64,000 nt of DNA. Source: Nitrospirota bacterium. GTDB lineage: Bacteria; Nitrospirota; Thermodesulfovibrionia; Thermodesulfovibrionales; Dissulfurispiraceae. The notes under the pieces are model-generated. The model had not been told where the DNA came from and searched no databases. It saw nothing but the letters and a program-made list of their open reading frames with translations. Position numbers and translations under genes: made by a program. Where the stretch lies: assembly GCA_963710375.1 (NCBI GenBank), contig CAVPZX010000002.1, positions 416,001 to 480,000 of the forward strand, given 5' to 3'. This document shows positions 60,355 through 64,000 of this stretch, piece after piece (position 1 is the stretch's first letter; each line of letters begins with the position of its first letter).

Positions 60355-61679
60355 GATTGTCCCTCCTCTGTATTGTCTTTTCCGAACAGTTTTCCGCCAT
60401 CGTACCGGCCAGTAGAGTCGTCGCCGATTTCAAAAGTATCCCTGCCCCTGGTGCCTTTGTCCCTTCTGACACGATAGTTGACGTTTACATCGAGCATGAC
60501 TGCAAACCCATATGTCTTACCGTCATGGGTAATCTCCATCCGGGCAGGATCATGTTTATGGTACAAGAGAGTTACCCGTTTGCCGATGAGGCCGACGGGG
60601 ACCTCATACAAACGGCCCTCTATCGCAACGGTCCTGTCTTTTGCCACTGTTCGTTTTGCCGTTTTCCTGAAATGGTCTTCGAGGTTTTTAGGGGCCGGTC
60701 GTACACACTCTATATTGCGAATGAATCTCTTGAAGGGTTCTTCTTTCGTGATGCTATGGATTTTTTCATTGTAAGATTCAATCCATTGCCGGAGTGATTC
60801 ATTGAGCCCATCCAAAGTCGTTGCTTTCTGGACACTCAGCAGTTGTTCACGCACTGTACGAAAGATGCGTTCTACTTTGCCGCGACCTTCAGGCTGATAA
60901 GGTTTTGAGTGTATAAGCACAATGCCCAAGGAGGCGCAGGTATGTTCAAGATGATGGCTCCTGAAAGCAGAGCCGTTGTCTACGTATAGTTTCCTTGGGA
61001 CCCCTCTTTTCAGCAGCGCCTTTCTGAAACAGTCCAGGAAACATTCCAGTTTTTCGTGCAGGTAAAACTCCGCGTGCAAGACCAGCCTGCTCATGTCATC
61101 CACAAAACACAGCAAGTAGGCCTTGCGTTGTTTATCTTCAACCGTTACAGATGGGCCATGCATGATGTCAGACTGCCACAGGTCATTTGGGTTTTCTGCC
61201 TCGAATCTCCGGCGGTCCTGCGGGTCACCATCACCGGGAACTTTTTGCAAAAGTCCTTCCGCTAATAACAAACGATAAAGCGCCGAATATGTTACCTTCA
61301 TTCCCGGCAATATAATCTTACGGCCATGTGCCTCTTGCAGGAGAGTCGGCAATAAGACCGCCGGCATCTCTTTCCTCAACGCAATCAGTCCCTGCGCCGT
61401 CTCCGGATCAATCGCACGTGTCTTGCCGCGATCACAACGCTCTTGAGGATATAATGCTTCAAGCTTGTTGCCTGCAAGTTTGTACCTGGCTATCCATTCC
61501 TTGATCGTAGATTCTCCGATCCGTGTCCGCATACTGCCTGGTATTATCCACCGCCGGGCGCACTTCTCCCGTATCAGGCGCTCCGTCTCTCCCCGTTCCA
61601 ACTGCCCGCCCCCTACAAAATCAGCAATGACTCCAAATCTGAACACCGCCACCCGCTGCTTCATCTCTTCCGTCATCAA
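60351..61679 (-). CDS. DDE integrase-core transposase with Mu-like C-terminal domain
   Basis: WQSDIMHG, VDDMSR, LYVDNGSAF, GRGKVERIF. Confidence 0.95.
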   Translation of the reverse strand: MMTEEMKQRVAVFRFGVIADFVGGGQLERGETERLIREKCARRWIIPGSMRTRIGESTIKEWIARYKLAGNKLEALYPQERCDRGKTRAIDPETAQGLIALRKEMPAVLLPTLLQEAHGRKIILPGMKVTYSALYRLLLAEGLLQKVPGDGDPQDRRRFEAENPNDLWQSDIMHGPSVTVEDKQRKAYLLCFVDDMSRLVLHAEFYLHEKLECFLDCFRKALLKRGVPRKLYVDNGSAFRSHHLEHTCASLGIVLIHSKPYQPEGRGKVERIFRTVREQLLSVQKATTLDGLNESLRQWIESYNEKIHSITKEEPFKRFIRNIECVRPAPKNLEDHFRKTAKRTVAKDRTVAIEGRLYEVPVGLIGKRVTLLYHKHDPARMEITHDGKTYGFAVMLDVNVNYRVRRDKGTRGRDTFEIGDDSTGRYDGGKLFGKDNTEEGQS

Positions 61680-61779
61680 AAACCTCCTCGTTATTGATGA
61701 TGAAGATTTACCACAACGAATTCCTCTGCGTCACCGCAACTCTTGGGGGGATTCTTAATAACTTGAAACTATTTGCGTT

Positions 61780-62232
61780 TTATCCTGCCCGCGCTACCGG
61801 GATCCTGCCCCGATACACCAGTTCATAGAATCCCTCAATATAATCACCTCCAAAATCCATCCCAAGATGCGCTTTTATGTTTCTGCTTAAGGCACGAAGC
61901 CAGTGCTGGCGGCGTTGCCGGCTCAACAGGCCATTCATCTGCCATATACCATCTTGCATTCGCTGGGAAACACTGCTTAAAATTGCAACCGCAGAAACCT
62001 GGAAACGAGGCCAGTATCCAAAAGGTCGCAATGTGTAAATACAGCCGCAGTCTGCACAGACATATCGCTTTAGTGGCAAAGCCGAGGAGTAGCCGTCATA
62101 AAGTTTATCTTTGAAACCATGCCCCCAGATTCTCGTGCTTCCGCATTGCAAACAAGTCGGCGGGCGCGGAAAGGGATACTTCTTGCCAAGATCAAATAAT
62201 TGCTTGATACAAACCATCAGAAAAAGTGACAA
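61780..62232 (-). CDS. Transposon-associated Zn-finger protein (DUF6431-like)
   Basis: CLQC...WGHG...CADC; inside the element ends; start uncertain. Confidence 0.75.
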   Translation of the reverse strand: MSLFLMVCIKQLFDLGKKYPFPRPPTCLQCGSTRIWGHGFKDKLYDGYSSALPLKRYVCADCGCIYTLRPFGYWPRFQVSAVAILSSVSQRMQDGIWQMNGLLSRQRRQHWLRALSRNIKAHLGMDFGGDYIEGFYELVYRGRIPVARAG

Positions 62233-62492
62233 TAAATCTCCTTTTGTCCGGGGCTGTGGAGATTCTCCTCCGTCAAGATGTGAAACTCCCTGCCTCGGGC
62301 GCTTTCCTAAATTGTTAATCCGGTTATTTTAAAACGAATAGATTAAAAGGTGGGTTTGATTATTGCGATTAAAACGCTGCTAATTGGACTGGCTTAATTC
62401 GGAAAACAACACTCCCGGCACATATATCTATGATCAGTTCGAACATGACACCCACAAGTTCCAAGCAAAAATAAACTGACCCACCAGCTGGA

Positions 62493-62542
62493 TGTAGCGA
62501 CATATTTGTCGCTACAAATATGTAGTAGCTACAAATATGTAG
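62493..62542. promoter_or_regulatory. Triple palindromic operator/enhancer upstream of amtB
   Basis: CGACATATTTGTCG, CTACAAATATGTAG, CTACAAATATGTAG. Confidence 0.7.
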
Positions 62543-62588
62543 GACAGATAATTAATAACTTCCCAATAGAATCATATGGTTAACTATC

Positions 62589-62604
62589 TGGTATGGTTTT
62601 AGCA
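62589..62604 (+). promoter_or_regulatory. Sigma54 promoter of amtB
   Basis: TGGTATGGTTTTAGCA, GG-N10-GC. Confidence 0.7.
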
Positions 62605-62674
62605 AGATAAAAATAACGAACTATGTAGAAACAGCAGACTTCGTCTGCAAAATACCAGGGGTTGGAGGAAGTTA

Positions 62675-64000
62675 ATGAAAGACATTAAGAGCATAACACT
62701 TGCAGTACTGGCGGTAATGGCTCTGCTCTTTTTATCAGCGGGTCTGCTTTATGCCGAAGATCAGAAACTGCCCGGAGCAGAAGCGCCGGCAACACAAGCT
62801 GTTTCACCGGCACAAGCTGCCGCACCTGCACCGGCGCCCAAAATTGACACCGGAGATACGGCATGGATGATAGTTGCAACGTCATTTGTTATGCTTATGA
62901 CGTTGCCTGGACTGGCCCTGTTCTATGGGGGCATGGCAAAAGGCAAAAATGTCCTGAACACTCTGGCCATGTCTTTTGCCACATTCGCTATAGTAAGCGT
63001 TTTATGGGTGCTTTACGGTTATACCTTTGCATTCGGCACCGATGTAAAAGGCATCATCGGCAGCGCGGAGAAACTGTTTCTTTCGCACGTCGGAATAAAT
63101 AGTATCACTGACCTTGCCAAAACAATACCCGAGTTCGTATTCGTGGCCTACCAACTCACCTTTGCCGCTATTACTGTTGCTTTGGCAAGCGGTTCATATG
63201 TGGAAAGGATGAAGTTCTCTGCCTGGGTGCTCTTCTCCGTACTCTGGCTAACCTTTACCTATCTTCCTATAGCCCATTGGGTGTGGGGGAACGGCTTCCT
63301 GGCTAAGTTGGGCGCACTTGATTTTGCAGGGGGAACCGTCGTTCATATCAATGCCGGCGTAGCAGGGCTTGTTGGTGCGCTAATGCTCGGAAAAAGAAAA
63401 GATCCGACATACAAGCCAAACAATCTTCCATTTGTAGTAATCGGAGCAGGACTTCTTTGGTTCGGATGGTTCGGATTTAACGCAGGGTCAGCCCTGGCGG
63501 CAAACGGCCTTGCAGGGGCTGCCTTTATGAATACCAATACGGCAACAGCCATGGCGACAATTGCCTGGATGGTGACTGAGTGGATACATGCCGGAAAACC
63601 TACTGTACTCGGTCTGGCCTCAGGCGCTGTTGCGGGACTCGTCACTATAACCCCGGCTGCCGGTTTTGTGAATATAACGGGATCAATTGTTATCGGTATA
63701 GCGGCAGGAGTGATTCCATATTTAGCGGTTGCATTCCTCAAACCTAAATTAGGCTACGATGATGCACTCGACGCCTTCGGAGTTCATGCAGTCGGCGGCA
63801 CAGTTGGAGCACTTCTTACAGGTATTTTGGCCGATCCTGCGATTAATGATGCAGGCAAGGGTGTACTTTACGGGAACCCGGGACAGTTCATGACCCAGCT
63901 AATAGCAGTATGCGTAACCATTGCCTACACGGCGGTCACGACCTTCATAATTTTCACGATTATCAAAGCATTTATCGGTATTAGGGTCGATCTGGAGCAG
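62675..64000 (+). CDS. amtB: Ammonium transporter (runs off window end)
   Basis: GGAGG RBS; signal peptide, DTGDTAW, PGLALFYGG, DFAGGTVVH, LWFGWFGFNAGS, DDALDAFGVH. Confidence 0.96.
   Translation, partial: MKDIKSITLAVLAVMALLFLSAGLLYAEDQKLPGAEAPATQAVSPAQAAAPAPAPKIDTGDTAWMIVATSFVMLMTLPGLALFYGGMAKGKNVLNTLAMSFATFAIVSVLWVLYGYTFAFGTDVKGIIGSAEKLFLSHVGINSITDLAKTIPEFVFVAYQLTFAAITVALASGSYVERMKFSAWVLFSVLWLTFTYLPIAHWVWGNGFLAKLGALDFAGGTVVHINAGVAGLVGALMLGKRKDPTYKPNNLPFVVIGAGLLWFGWFGFNAGSALAANGLAGAAFMNTNTATAMATIAWMVTEWIHAGKPTVLGLASGAVAGLVTITPAAGFVNITGSIVIGIAAGVIPYLAVAFLKPKLGYDDALDAFGVHAVGGTVGALLTGILADPAINDAGKGVLYGNPGQFMTQLIAVCVTIAYTAVTTFIIFTIIKAFIGIRVDLEQ

Larger units (their letters stand above)
59449..62411 (-). 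mobile_element. Three-gene DDE transposon (Zn-finger ORF, transposase, ExeA-like ATPase)
   Basis: TG...CA ends, 21/28 imperfect TIR, 6-bp direct repeat CTCCCG at 59443-59448 and 62412-62417. Confidence 0.92.

Overview
Mostly core chromosome of an anaerobic or microaerobic bacterium of moderate GC. Gene content (tandem DUF507 genes, DUF4390-NtrY/NtrX cluster, AcsE-like protein, c7-type cytochromes, hemerythrin MCP) suggests Nitrospirota/Thermodesulfovibrionia or a deltaproteobacterium-like lineage; this is inference. The window holds a nuoABCDHIJKL operon without nuoEFG, trpC, rpsF-ssb-rpsR with an S6:S18 leader, nadD, proA, hisI, der, xseAB, ettA, ilvE, gatAB, purH, amtB (partial), tRNA-Arg(ACG) and tRNA-Ala(GGC), plus a 59-aa ferredoxin missed by the ORF track. 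Most striking non-gene structure: (1) about 15 short elements made of tandem 6-8-mers followed by the same repeat inverted. They belong to several repeat families, sit at gene junctions, supply stop codons, and are translated in frame inside nadD and probably at the gatB N-terminus. Two distant copies share unique spacer sequence, pointing to a dispersed mobile family. (2) A complete 2963-bp three-gene TG...CA transposon with a 6-bp target duplication, inserted in a hairpin, with a frameshifted ATPase. (3) Two ~180-bp palindromic MITE/ncRNA-like elements. (4) A CysRS paralog lacking the anticodon domain and some Zn ligands, next to a MATE exporter. (5) Four sigma54 promoters and a triple-palindrome candidate enhancer before amtB. 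No CRISPR array or rRNA gene was seen.
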